Source: Carcharhinus longimanus (lineage: Eukaryota). From it: DNA of 64,000 nt. The notes beneath the pieces were generated by a model. It saw nothing but the letters and a program-made list of their open reading frames with translations, ran no database searches and had not been told where the DNA came from. Shown here piece after piece: positions 23,540 to 36,399 of the stretch. The DNA is taken from positions 16,169,545-16,233,544 of the forward strand of contig JASCQW010000156.1 of NCBI GenBank assembly GCA_030264375.1. The letters run 5' to 3'. The translations under genes and the position numbers were made by a program. How positions within the stretch are numbered: the stretch's first letter is position 1; each line of letters opens with the position of its first letter.

Positions 23540-25100
23540 GCTACAAACTGAGCTAAGGCATTTATAACCATCTTCAATCAAATATACATGGGAGAAGATC
23601 CCTCCCAGCCTCCTCCTGAAGTTCCAACCATCACTGGTGCAAGTCTTCTGGTTATTCAATTCACTCCACATGATGTTAAGTGCATTGGACACTGTAAAGA
23701 CTATAAAATGCAACAATATTCAAGCTGCTTTGCTTTAGCCACAAGTTGCAGAGCTAATACCATCTCTAGCCAAGCCAAGTTCTAGTGCAGCAATAACACT
23801 GGTATTGGCCAACACTGTTGAAAATTACCCATGTTCTATCCACAAAACACAGGTCAAAAATCTAACCCACCTCCTGCAACTGCAGTTCATTATAGGTTTG
23901 GCCCAAATGAACGTAGAACATAATGAATTCTACAGGTGAGGTAACAGTGTCTGGACATGGAGGCAGCATTTGACTGCCTGGTACCAAAAAGCCCTAGCAA
24001 AAATGAAGGGGAAAACTCCAATTGTTTGGAGTCATACCTGATACAATAATCATTTCAGCCTCAGGACTTCACACTGGGAGATTCTGAATTCTAGATTCAA
24101 CCATCTTCAGCAGCTTCTTCAATATCCTTCACTCACCATAAAGTCAAAAATGACAGGGTTTCGATATTTGCAATTCTCAGATGACATAGCAATCCATGCT
24201 GCATGCAGCAAGACCTGGACAACATGCAAGGTTGGGCTGAGAAATGGCAAGTAACATTTCCACTTCTCAAGTGCAATGCAATGACAATGTCAAACAACAT
24301 TTAGATAGTTACATGGGTACAATGGGTATAGAGGGATATGGGCTAAATGCAGGCAACTGGGATTAGCTTAGGGGTTTTAAACAAAAAGGGCGGCATGGAC
24401 AAGTTGGGCCAAAGGGCCAGTTTCCATGCTGTAAACCTCTATGACTCTAACAGCAAATGCAACCACCTCCCATTGGAGGTGGTAATATCAATTGTATTAT
24501 TTAACATCACAAGGTGCCTACCATCAACATCCTGCATTCACACCAGTGACCAGAAGTGAACTAAACCAGCAACCCAAGTGTTGTGGCATCTGAATTTGGT
24601 CAGATGGTGGATGTTCTGCAGTGTGACTAACCAAAGCCTCTCCACTGTTGACAATGCACCAAGTAGGAATATACTTGAATATACTCTACTTTTCTCGATG
24701 AATGCAGCTGCAACACTCAAAATGCTCATTATCATTCCAAGACAAAGCAATCCACGTACAGCACTTCATCCATCGCCCTAAACGTTCACAATTCCACCAC
24801 TTTGCACTGTGGCCACAATGTGTACTATCCATAGGGTGGACTGTAGACCAAGGCTTCTTCGGCAGAAATTTCAAAACCAACAATCATGGCTACCTAGAAG
24901 CACAAGGACAGCAGGTACATGAAAACACTAACAGCAAGTTGCCCTCCAAATTCACACGCCATCTTGACTTGGACATGTATCATCATTCCTTCATAGTCAC
25001 AGCATCAAAGTTGTGGAATTCCCTACAAAGCAGCAAGGAGGTGATGTACCATTAACTTCTCAAGTGATGGGCAATAAGTGCTAGCAATGCCCAAATATTT
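23540..25100 (+). mobile_element. CR1-like LINE (second family), degraded RT and 3' end
   Basis: Collinear with 31150-32190 (ggacactgtaaagactat, ggcagcatttgactg, ggagtcatacct, gcagcaagacctggacaacat), ending tgatgggcaataagtgct. Confidence 0.75.
24298..24449 (+). mobile_element. Young HER1/CR1 3' end nested in the older LINE
   Basis: ggcatggacaagttgggccaaagggcc...ctctatgactcta, closely similar to 62640-62770. Confidence 0.8.
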
Positions 25101-25364
25101 TAAAATATTGATTTAACAATTGATATTAATCTGATACATCATAGTTCTTCTTTCGTTAGGTAGAATTATGCTAGAAAAGAGAATACACTCCGCTGAGCTG
25201 CAAAGATTTTATCTGGGGGAGGGAGAAAGCAAGTTCATGTGGTCACTGAGAGATTGCTGCCCTCTACAGTATCCATTGGCAATGCTGCAACATCAGTAAG
25301 ACTGCAATTTTTCTAGAGTGTTTTTTTTCCTGAGTCTATATGCAGATATAGCTCTTTCTAGGAG

Positions 25365-26316
25365 TTACGTATAATGTTCCTAAATGCCTTAGATTCTGGA
25401 AGGGTCCCAGTAGACGGGAAAATAGCTAATGTACCTTTAATTCATAAAAGGAGGGAGGCAAGAAGCAGGAAACTACACATTAGTTAACCTAACATCTGTC
25501 ATAGGGAAATTGCTAGAATCCACTATTAAGGAACTTGTAGCAGTTTACTAAGAAATCACAATATGATCAGGCAGAGCCAACACAGCTTATGTGAAAAGCA
25601 AATTATGTTTAACTAATTTATTTGAGTTTTTTTTAGGAAGTAACAAACAGAGTGGATATAGGAGAACGTGTAGAGGTGGTAAACTTAAGATTTCCAAAAG
25701 GCATCTGATGAGGTGCCACAGAAAAGATTACTACACAAAATAAGAGAATATGGTAGCGGGGGGGATAACAGATTAGCATGGAAGAAGAATAAGTTAGCTG
25801 ATAGGAAGCAGGGAGTAAAAATAAATGGATATTTTTCAAGTTAGCAAACAAGTCCCACAAGGATCAGTGCTGCAGCCTCAACTATTTGCAATCTACATCA
25901 ATAACTTGGATAAAGGGACCAAATATATGATAGCCAAATATGCTGATGACACTAAGATAAATAGGAAATTAAGTTGTCTGTAGGAGGTAGAGACTATGAA
26001 AGGGATATACATAGTGGGCAGGTGAAGTGAGTAGGCAAAAATCTGGCAGATAAATAACCAAGTGGGAAAATATGAATTTGTCCACATTGGCAGGAAGAAT
26101 AGAAAAGCAGTACACTGCTTAAATGGAGAGAGATTGCAGAACCTGCTGGTATAGGGGGACCTGAGCATCCTGGTACATGATTCAGAAAGAGTTGGCATCA
26201 CAAGTATAGCAGGTGATCAGGAAGGCAAATGGAATGTTGGTATTTATTGCAAGGGGAATGGAATATAAAAGTAAGGAAGTTTTACTGCAGTTGTACAAGG
26301 CTTTAGTGAGACCACA
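25365..26316 (+). mobile_element. CR1-clade LINE ORF2 (RT) fragment
   Basis: Disrupted frames encode LDSGRVPVDGKIANV, AGNYTLVNLTSVIGKLLESTIKE, PQGSVLQP, IAKYADDTKI and LLQLYKALVRPH. Confidence 0.9.
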
Positions 26317-26321
26317 TGCGA

Positions 26322-26492
26322 ATTCAGAGTAGGCCATTCAGCCCATCGAGCCTGGTCCAACATTCCAGAAGATCATGGCTGATCTTCCTCTGCCTTAAAA
26401 AAGATTCAATGACCCTGTTTCTGCAGCTCTCTGGGGAAAAGAGTTCAAAAAAACTCATGACCCTCAGAAAAAAGGTTTTGTTTCATCTCCGA
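26322..26492 (-). mobile_element. CR1 3' UTR fragment, inverted relative to the adjacent RT fragment
   Basis: gagtaggccattcagcccatcgagcctg...aagatcatggctgatct. Confidence 0.65.
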
Positions 26493-28751
26493 GATACATT
26501 GGAAACGTTGCTTATGCTATGCTCCAACAATATGTCTCAAACCTTAATGCAATGTTAATGTAAGCCTATTTGTGACGCTAATAAAAAAGCTAAACTAAAA
26601 TTCAGATTCTCCCCATTTTCTTTGCCTTACGACTCCTCACCATAGCATAGGGTGTGTAACTGTGGCACACCTGCTTATTTAACAGAAAAAAGGTTGACCT
26701 TTTCATGAGCAGCACATAATTTAAGTCAAATACGAATCTGATATTTTTGTGAACTTAAAGAAAAAGACATTGATGCAAATGATTTATAATTTTGGAAATA
26801 CTGTTTCCATCTACACTTCATTAAGCATTATGCTAATGAAATGGCTAATGTAGTCTCCTGTTTAAAAAAATAATCACCATCTTTGAGCAAATTCAAACTT
26901 TCCCAAACCTTTTGACACTTGTTTTAATTCAGAAACCTAGATTAAGGACTCAGGGCCATGTTGCAGGGCAGCATCATGGGTTTAAAATAACAGGAAAGAT
27001 AGTGAGATAAATCATAAACTAATGATTGTTCTTGGTGGAAGGCTGTCCTTGAAGCGGCAAGATGAAAACAGCTGCTTCTAGTCTCTCTCAGCCTAATCTC
27101 CTACAAGCTCAAAGCTGTATCTCATGTCCAGGAGCGCTTCTACCTTCTCTGCGCTTCTTCCTCAAAAAATCTTCCCAGCTGAATTATTCACTTTCCGGCA
27201 AATTACCAATTTCAGCTCAGTTATATAAATTCAGATGTAATCAATCCCCATCGCCACGTGAAGGCGACACAGAAAGCAATGAAGAGTGACAAACTCTGCT
27301 GGATTTACACAGCAGATCTGTCAGCAGCCCAAAAGAAAAATAAGATAACACTGTGGTCAAGAACTCACTTTGACTTACCCCTCATTTCATTTTTCAGATA
27401 AAGTTGGACCCTGCATTTCCTATTTTTAGCACTTTTTTTTTAATCTCATCACAGTATGTTCACTTAGAAGCAGAGCAGCCCATGAATAGAATATTGTACC
27501 TTTTCTCCTTTTTTAAAGTCTCCACCTCACCCTGCATACTACACTACGCACAGTTGCAGGCAAGGTGCAATTAAGTGAGTCAAATTCCACTTTTATTTTA
27601 TGTATTTGTGAACTTCTGCTTTAAAGATCACATCTCACAGTCTCATCAGAACATAACAGGAGTAGAACATATGGCCTCTCAAGCCAACCCTGACGTTCAA
27701 TATGATCATAGCTGACCTTCGGTTCAAGCTCCACCGTCCTGCACATTTCCATTGTCCTTCAATTTCCTCATGCCAAATATCTATCTCAGCTTTTAAACTT
27801 ACTCTAACGCAACATCCACAACCCACAGGGGTTAGTAACTTCAAAGATTTACAACCCCTTTAGAATGAGGAAATTACTCTTCATTTCAGTCCTAAATGAT
27901 CTGTCCCATATCCTGAGAGTGTGTCGCCACTTTCTAGATTTTCCAGCCGGTCAAAACAACCTCTCAGTATGGACTCTGTCAAGGCCCAGAATCTTCTATG
28001 TTTCTATGACATCACCTCTCGCTCTTCCAAATGCCAGAAAATATTGACCCAATTTACTCAACTTCTCACCACAGGAAAACTCTCTTAATTCAGTAACCAA
28101 TCTTCATCATACCACCTCCAATACACATACATCCTTTCCCAGATACAGGGACCAAAGCTCCAGATGTTGTCTGTACAACTGTAATAAGGCTTTCATATTC
28201 TTGCACAACAATTCCCTTGTAATAAAAGCTATCATGCTATTTGCCTTCCTAATTGCTTGTTGTACCTACATGCTAACTTTGCATTCAAGCACAAATAAAC
28301 CCAGTTATTCTGAATATCAACATTTACAAGTTTCACACCTTTTAAAAAATATTCTGCTTTCCTTTTATTTCTACCAAAGTGAAAAACCTCTCACTCCCCC
28401 ACATAATTAGTCTGCCACCTTGTTGCCCACTCACTTAACTTTCTACACATCCCTCGGCAGCCTTTTTGTGTCTCCTCACAGCTCACATCCCCAGCAAATT
28501 TGGATACATTACTCTCAGTATCTTCATCCAACTCATTAATATAGATTGTAATTAGTTAAGTCCTCAGCACTGATCCTTGTAGCACTCCATTGGTTATAGC
28601 TGCCAAATTGAAAATGTCCCTTTCATCCCTACTCCCTGCTTTCTGTCCATTCTCTATCAATGTTGATACCCAACTTCATAAGTTCTTATCTTGGGTATTA
28701 GCTTTTTATGTTGCACCTCATTGAAGACCTTTTTGAAATCCAAGTACGCTA

Positions 28752-29724
28752 CTGTAATGTTGGCGTAGAAGTTTATTTTAAAGCTTCGAAAAATGCCTAC
28801 AAACACAGGGGTTGACTTACACGTCTAGTATAAATTGAACTGCCAGTGTGGTTAGTCACCATTTTGAAATGTCATTGGCGTCCGACACAGAGTGGGTATG
28901 CTTTAAACTCTTGTGCATCTTCGCAACACAGCTCTTATGCGAAAATAGCAAATAAAATCAAATCAAAAAGATGCCAGTGAGTAAAACACACATGTTGAAT
29001 GGTCTGAAAAGTACAAGTGGGGGAGAGTCATCAAGTTATACACTAAGTATATGCAAAAAACATGCACTAAATTTGCCTGTGTCTCTGGATGGTCAGAGAT
29101 TGGATGTACCCTGGGATTGTTTGGAACTGCCAATGCAAGGTTTCTGTGGGAATTGCTAAGTTTCACTTCTGATGGGCAATTCCCCTGGTCCCTAAGACCT
29201 CCAAATAGTTTCCAAGTCTAAGTCTTTGGAGAGTATAGGAAAACCAAGCCTAACCCTGGATAAACCCCCACCAACTCCTTCCTGGACTACCTCCCTAACC
29301 TCCTGACAGCCCGGCCTACCCAAGCCCTCCCCTCACCGGCCCCACTCAATCTATCAACCTGCTAGCTACTACCCTGCCACCCAACTCACTTACCTAGCTC
29401 ATACTCATTCACAAACACATTGAAAAGCTATTTTAATGTCCTAAAACTTTTCAGTACATTAATGAATGAAGACTTACCAAAATACAGCAGGTAATTCCAT
29501 AAAAACGAGGCATCGCTTGCCCTCCCCAGTACCTTGCATTACAAAGAAGAATTCAGAAAACATGTGTTCTATGAATTTCTGAAGAGGCCTAGTTTGCAGC
29601 AGGGCCAGAAATGTGGAGCTCCATCTTAGTGCAAGAAATAGGAATGGAGTGACAATATGACGGCACTTGCCACTCCTCAGATTTGACCCAAAACTTTTGA
29701 CACTAGAGGCACCATGACTTATAG
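28752..29724. mobile_element. Putative non-autonomous Tc1/mariner-pogo-like DNA transposon
   Basis: TA on both flanks, CTGTA...TATAG ends, subterminal ggcgtagaagt and ggggttgacttacacg/gacttata motifs. It interrupts a CR1 that resumes on the other side. Confidence 0.45.
29174..29689. mobile_element. Unclassified insert with weak inverted ends
   Basis: gggcaattc...gatttgaccc ends with a C-rich interior, nested inside 28752-29724. Confidence 0.3.
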
Positions 29725-30694
29725 TATATCTATGAACTCACCTTCATCTACCCTATTGGTTACATCCTTAAAAATAACCTTGAGAAAATCACAGTATGAT
29801 CAGATAGAGTCAAAGTGTTTAAAGACTTCCATAATAATGGATTCAAGCATTTTCCTGACAACTGACTCAGGTAACAGACCTGCAGTTCCCCATTGTCTTT
29901 CCTGAATAGTGGTTTAACAACTGCTAATCTTCAGTCTGCTGGGACAGTTCTTGAGACTAGATAATTTTAGAAAACCATAACCAGTGGATGCATGCACTCT
30001 CTTTGGCCATCAGGTCCTGGTGATGTGTCAGCTTTTGATCCCTCAAGTTTCTCCAGTACTTTTTCTGCTCACATTAATTACTTTCAGTTTTTCGTTTTTG
30101 TTATCCTCTTGGTTACCTTTCGTTTCTGGTACATAATTTTTGAGCCACTGTGAAGTCTGACAAAATATTTGTTCAACCTTGCTATCATTTTCCATAATAA
30201 CTCTTCCTGTCTCTGCCTCTTAAGATCTTATTTTTATAGACTTGGAAAAGCCCCTAGAATTTGTTTTTATATTCCTTATTAGTTTACTCCTATCTTCTAT
30301 TTTATTCCTATCAAGTTTTTCGTAACCTTTTGCTGATTGCTGGAACTCTCCTAATCTTCTAACTTCCTAACATTACATACTTTTCTTTTGGTCTCGTACC
30401 ATCCTTTACTTCCCCAGCATGATAGAGATGGCTCTTTCGCACCAAGGTTTTGTTTATCAATTAAATATATTTTTGCTGAACATTTTGAATTGTTACTGTA
30501 AAGTTTCCCTTTGTTTATTTACCACTATAATCTTGCAATCTTTTTATCCAATCAACTTAGCTAGCTCTCCCCTAATTCCTATTCAAATTGACTTTTTTGA
30601 ACTTTAACAATCTAGTTTGACACTGGAATATGGTGCTCTTAAACTTAAGATGAAATGCAATTATATGATGATCACATTTTCCGCATAGGGAACA

Positions 30695-30798
30695 GTGGGA
30701 TTTTCCAACCGCGCTCACCCCAAAACCGGTATTTCTGCCCGAGGTCTGCCCCTCCCCTGCTACAATTCCCATGGCTGGCAGGATGGGAAAATTCCCCT
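30695..30798. mobile_element. Small MITE-like element
   Basis: gggattttcc...ggaaaattccc inverted ends, with a related copy at 55579-55682. Confidence 0.55.
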
Positions 30799-31149
30799 CA
30801 GGGTCTTTTAATGAGATTAATTCACCCGCCCCTTCAGGTCTATTAAAATCAAAAAATAAGTGACCCTGTATGCAAACATAATGCAATTGCTATTCCCCAT
30901 TATTAGCGTAGCTGCTTTTTGGTGGCTGTTTTTACCTGTATTTAGGAAACCATATTCCACTTTATGATGAGATTAATTATCTCATATACAAGAATAGGAG
31001 TGGAGGGAAAAATGCCACGATCACAACTTGAAATTAGGCTGGTTCAGTCATTCCAAGTTTTAATTCTTCATGGGGGAAAGTCTCAAACTAATCGTAGTTG
31101 AAACTGATATCTGAAATGTGAAATTTTACACTCCAACATTTCAGCTAAA

Positions 31150-32190
31150 GGCTGAAGTCACTGGATACTGCAAATACTATAGGCCCTTACATTATTCCAG
31201 CAAATAGCTGTGAAGACTCTAGGCGTCTTGCCCTCCAGAATTGCTGCACCCAGCCAAGCTATTCCATTGCAGCACCTACCCAACAATCTAGAAAATTGCT
31301 CAGTCGTATCCTGCATACAAATACCAGGGTGAATCCAATCCAGCCAATTACTGTCCCATTAGTCAACTCTTGATCAGCAAAGTGATGGATGGGGTCACTG
31401 ACAGTGCTATCAAGTAACACTTATTCAGCAATAACCTGCTCAACAATGCTCAGTTTGGGTTCTGCCAGTTCCTGACCTCGTTATTGTCTTGGGCCAAACG
31501 TGGACAAAGGAGCAGAACCAAAGAAATGAGGTGAGTGTGGCAGCCCTTGACAGCAAGACAGCATTTGGCTGAGTGCAGCATTAAAGGACCCTTGCAAGGC
31601 TGGAGTCAATGGCAATTGAGGTGACAATCTCATCAGTTGGAGTCATACCTAGTACAAAGGATGATGGTTGTGGTTGTCGAGGTCAGTCAGCTCAGTCCCA
31701 GGACATCACTACAGGAGTTCCTCAAGGCTGTGTCCTAACCTAACTATCAAAGGATTCAGCAGCTTCACGAATGACCTTTCCTTCATCATGACATCAGAAG
31801 TAGGAAGGTTCACTGATGATTGCACAATGTTCAGCACCATATACAAATCCTGAAATGCTGAAGCAGTCATTTCAACATGTAGCAAGATCTGGACAACATT
31901 AGAACTTCCTAGTGCAAGTAACATTCGCACCACAGAAGTGCAGGACAATGACCAGCTCCAGCATGAGATAAAATAACCATTTCTCATTGACATTTAACGG
32001 CATTACCATCACTGGATCTCCCACTATGAACAACCTGTGGATTATCATTGATTAGAAACAGAACAGAACTAGCCATATACTGTGGCTACAAGGTCAGAGG
32101 CTAGAAATCCTGTTGTGAGTAATTCACCTCTTGCCTCATCAAAGCTTATGTGCCACCCACAAGACATGAGTCAGGAATGTGATGGAACAC
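31150..32190 (+). mobile_element. CR1-like LINE (second family) RT fragment
   Basis: SNPANYCPIS, AQFGF, ITTGVPQG and VGRFTDDCT motifs in disrupted frames. Confidence 0.85.
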
Positions 32191-33092
32191 TAACAACCAC
32201 ATGAGAAACTGTGACCTCCATTTGACTCTCTTGATTGACCAGAATAAAGGTTTAAATTTATTTTTCACTAGCAATGCTTTTACTAAATCATATTTCATTT
32301 AACCATTTAAGCTGCAAGCAATAAGGAGCCAATGTTTCCTTGAACCAAAGGAAAAAGAGAGGGAGAAAGAATCCCTCAGCCTTTTTCCTCTCTTGAAGGC
32401 TTTCTTAATACTGCCTATGTCCACCTACAATCCCTCTCGCAGCTGGGCAGCCTTGCCTTGAAATAATTCACCCATTGTGTACTTTTAAGAGGGTATGGGT
32501 GGTAGCCATTGTTTCAATGTCCATTTTAATGTTCTTCTTTAGATAGTTACAGGTGTCTGAATTATAGGAAATGTCTCTCTCTTCTGAAGGTACAAAAACA
32601 GAAAACAAAAAAGAACACATTCACTCTTCTAACCTTGGTCTGGATTTTCCCATTGGTTCTACGTTCTGGGCAAGGCGTCCTCAATCACATTCAATTTCCC
32701 TGCTCTGTGGCTGATTTTTAGGTGATATGGTCGGAGAAACAAACTCCAATGAAGCAACCTTGCATTTTGAGTTTTGAATTTTGCCACAAATGGCAAATGG
32801 TTGTGGTATCCATTTCAGATATAAATCTCCAAATGGTTGTCAGCAGTAATAAACCTAGGAATTGACCAATAAGTTACTTGACTATAATTTCTGGAAGAGG
32901 GTTTCCCATTGTTCTAAGGGAGTTTCCCAGGTGTCACTGTACATGAGATGGTCTCCAAGGCAGATGAAACAATTGGCTAGGCCCACCACAACCTGGCTCT
33001 AGAAGGTGGCTGGGACATTTCTGAATTTAAATTATGTGACTCAACAATGGTATAACTCATCCAGGGTCACAATGACAGATATTTCTGTCACA
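32190..33092 (-). mobile_element. Probable 3' LTR of the Gypsy remnant
   Basis: Begins TGTGAC on the minus strand just downstream of the pol fragment and carries a minus-strand AATAAA near 32257. The far end is degenerate. Confidence 0.45.
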
Positions 33093-33169
33093 TAAGAACA
33101 TAAGAAATAGGAGCAGTAGACCATCTAGCCCTTCGAGCCTGCCCCGCCATTCAATAAGATCATGGCTGA
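33093..33169 (-). mobile_element. Young CR1 3' end running into an assembly gap
   Basis: taagaacataagaaataggagcag...gcccttcgagcctgccccgccattcaataagatcatggctga, with CpGs retained. Confidence 0.8.
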
Positions 33170-33329
33170 NNNNNNNNNNNNNNNNNNNNNNNNNNNNNNN
33201 NNNNNNNNNNNNNNNNNNNNNNNNNNNNNNNNNNNNNNNNNNNNNNNNNNNNNNNNNNNNNNNNNNNNNAATCCTCTTCTCGCCCACTACTCTTAGCTAC
33301 TCTAAATTCCTCCGCTTTTAATTTAACAC

Positions 33330-34050
33330 TTTCCTTCACCTCCTTCTTTGTAATGTAGGCTACTTCACCTACCTGATTTTTGCAGTCTTCAAGGTAGGGA
33401 ATCAGGTTGAGTCGGCTCTGATCACCACATTAAACTTTTGGTAATCAATGCACAGCCTTGTGGAGCCATCTGACTTGGCGCAAGCACAACTAGGAAGCTC
33501 CAGCTATTGCCACTAGGCTCTATTAGTTGATGCTCCAGAATGTAGCTAATCCCGTCCCAAACTTGGGTCAGCCTTCCTAGACTGAGAAGGCAGGGATTGT
33601 AAGAGGGGCTGCTTCACCATCATTCAGGGCTCAAGTGGTGCAGCCTTAGTTGTCTCCACTGACGCTTATAAAAGCAGTGAGTAGTCTGGTCAATTTTCTT
33701 TGCTGTTCTATATTTAGGTGATTTAATACAGTGTCCAATTTCACTAGAATTTCTGTATTGTCAGCTGGGGATTCAACGTGGGCTTCATTCTCCCTGCAAT
33801 TCATCCTCATTTGTTCCTCTCATCCTCCAGGTCTGTTGTCATTCAACAGACTGTGACTTGATTTGTTCCCTTCTCGACTGTGATTTTTTTAAAATCACGA
33901 TGACAAGACACAGCCTTTGTTTTTTCTTGCAGTCTGTGATGTCCATTAGATAGTTTACCTCCCCAAGCTTCTTTACTATTCTGTACTGGCCACTGAACGG
34001 GGCTTTTAGGGGCTCACGCAGTATTGGTACGAGCACTAGCATGTAGCTCA
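33330..34050 (-). mobile_element. Gypsy LTR retrotransposon pol remnant, integrase C-terminus upstream of RT (Gmr1-like)
   Basis: 34050-33880 encodes LVLVPILREPLKAPFSGQYRIVKKLGEVNYL (GPY/F-like). 33545-33345 encodes LIEPSGNSWS..VVLAP/KSDGSTRLCIDYQKFN..ADS/IPYLEDC..VG...YITK. Confidence 0.85.
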
Positions 34051-34796
34051 TAAAAGCTCATTAACTTCTTCTCAGGGGCAATTCTGGGTAGACAATAAAT
34101 GCTGGCAGAGCCAGTGACTCTCAATCCATGAAAGAACAAATTTTAAAAGGCCACTTGGCAAGCATCCAGCAACATTCTGAACAACTCTTGAAAAGGAAAA
34201 CTTACAATAACTCACTTTCAAACATCCAACTGCAGGATCCAAACAGGGAAGGAAAAATTGGAAAGCACATCCCCATTACACAGCTTCTGACACATTATAA
34301 GCATCAGTGTAATGGCCTGGTGCAGGTCAGCAGCAAACTTGCAATGTCCAGGGTAGGGTGGAGTAGAGGTAAATGAAACAACCGACAAGAGGAGTCAACT
34401 GAAACTATACCATGTCTCAGCCGGAATGCAAATTCAAAAGTGAAAACTATTTGAGTTCAAAGGAAAATTCACAAACACACAATATAGTTTTATGAGCACT
34501 CTGAGTAGGCCTAGATTACAACAACTCCCATTTTTATTTTGAAAAAGCAAAATTCCTTCAGGAGTCATTAAGATTTATGGAACAAGGAATCACCAGGAGT
34601 AAGAACAGATTTTTGAGGACAAATTACTGAAGTAGCTTCAAGAAACTACAAACACCTGACAAAAATGGTAACATTCAGGCAGCACCGAAAATGCCTTGCA
34701 GCATCACAATTAATAAACACAGCGTAAATAAATATTGAATAAATGACTGCTTGGTGGTGTTTGATTGCACATTAAAAAAAATACTCCATCTAACAT

Positions 34797-35238
34797 CATA
34801 GAATCAGAACCATAGAACCCTACAGTGCAGAAAGAGGCCCTTCGGCCCATCGAGTCTGCACTGAACACAATCCCACCCAGGCNNNNNNNNNNNNNNNNNN
34901 NNNNNNNNNNNNNNNNNNNNNNNNNNNNNNNNNNNNNNNNNNNNNNNNNNNNNNNNNNNNNNNNNNNNNNNNNNNNNNNNNNCCCTACATATTATACCCA
35001 CTAATCCCTCTAACCTAGGCATCCCTGGACACTAAGGGACAATTTCTTAGCATGGCCAATCAACCTAACCCATACATCTTTGGACTATGGGAGGAAACCG
35101 GGAGTACCCGGAGGAAACCCACGCAGACACGAGGAGAATGTGCAAACTCCACACAGACAGTGATCCGCACCAGGAATTGAACCCAGGACCCTGGAGCTGT
35201 GAAGCAGCAGTGCTAACCACTGCTCTACCATGCCACCC
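34797..35238 (-). mobile_element. HE1-type V-SINE, full length, contains a gap
   Basis: Head gggtggcatggtagagcagtggttagcactgctgc, B box GGTTCAATTCC, V domain, ttctatg-type tail. Possible TSD catca at 34794-34798 and 35238-35242. Confidence 0.92.
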
Positions 35239-35824
35239 ATCACTATGAATATCCTTGTAATAACGAGCGAAATTTTATGAAAAACAGAATTAGGTAAAGT
35301 GATTGAATACGAGCTGTGGTACAGCTGTATTGAAAAGCAGCAAGTACTCTGAAAACTGCTTCAAGTCGCCACTATTGTGATCTGCTAAATGCATTGCTTA
35401 AAGTGTTCGAAGATGGAATGACTTGTCATTAATTCACCCCTTGCTATATTTTACAGAATATAAAACTTCATATTACAAAGAATTATTTATTGGGATAAGT
35501 AATTTGTAGAAATGTTTGAGGTTGCCAATGACATTTTGAATGTTTTTCAGCTTAAAGATCAGATTCTTTGTTAAGAAGCAGTAGAAAGATTAAAAATGTA
35601 GGAGTGACACAGGTATAGCAATGATTAATTATCCGAGACATGAATTGCATCAAAACAGATACTGCGTATTGCCCAGCTGCATTAGGATTTCTAAGCAGGT
35701 GAACAACTGGGATTGCAATGCTGCATTTGCACAGGATGTACACAAGCATGCAATATATTTGGACTCAGATATCAGCAAGCTCGCTCAAGCCAGCTGGTTA
35801 TGGATTCATATGTTTTGCAGAAAA

Positions 35825-36150
35825 AACAATTTGCATTTATATTGCACCTTTAACATTGTTAGAGAAAAGTTTCAGTGAGTTTACAGGACTGTTTGCAAAC
35901 GAAATTTGATACCGAATAATATAAGGGGATATTCAGGTGGGTGATCAAATGCTTGGTCAAAAGAGATAGGTTTTAACCAGAGCAGTGATATGACAGAGAG
36001 GATTAGGTGGAATTCCAGAGCTTAGGGCCTAGGTAATGTAAAATATAACCACCAATGGTGAAGCAATGTAAATTAGGAAAGTGCAGGAAGTCACAGCTGG
36101 GTGTGCATGGTAACCTCAGAGGATTGTAGGGCCGGAGAAAGTTAAAGTTA
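35825..36150 (-). mobile_element. L2-clade LINE 3' end
   Basis: ttgcatttatattgcacctttaac tail and ggaattccagagcttagggcctagg (antisense of LGPKLWNS). Confidence 0.65.
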
Positions 36151-36399
36151 GAGTTAGGAGAAATTGGAAATTGTGCACTCGAGGCTGGTTCAGGTTTACA
36201 TGAAAGAATCCCATGAGGGAGCTCTTCAATTATACTGGCCAACATTCTAACTCAACCTGCATTAAAAGATTAACCCACTGTTAATGTCTTATGCTGTCTG
36301 CAAAATAGTTGCCATGCTTGCTAATCTAATAAGCACTCAATTTCAAAGTATGTCAAGGATTTGGCACATTTTTGAGTCTGGGGGGGACATCTTTGGCTA

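Larger units (their letters stand above)
27645..30690 (-). mobile_element. CR1-clade LINE (~2 kb retained) split by a 28752-29724 insertion
   Basis: 3' UTR at 27645-27900, RT region to 28750, resuming at 29725 (ccttcatctaccc; gccatcaggtcctggtga is antisense of SPGPDG). Confidence 0.75.
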
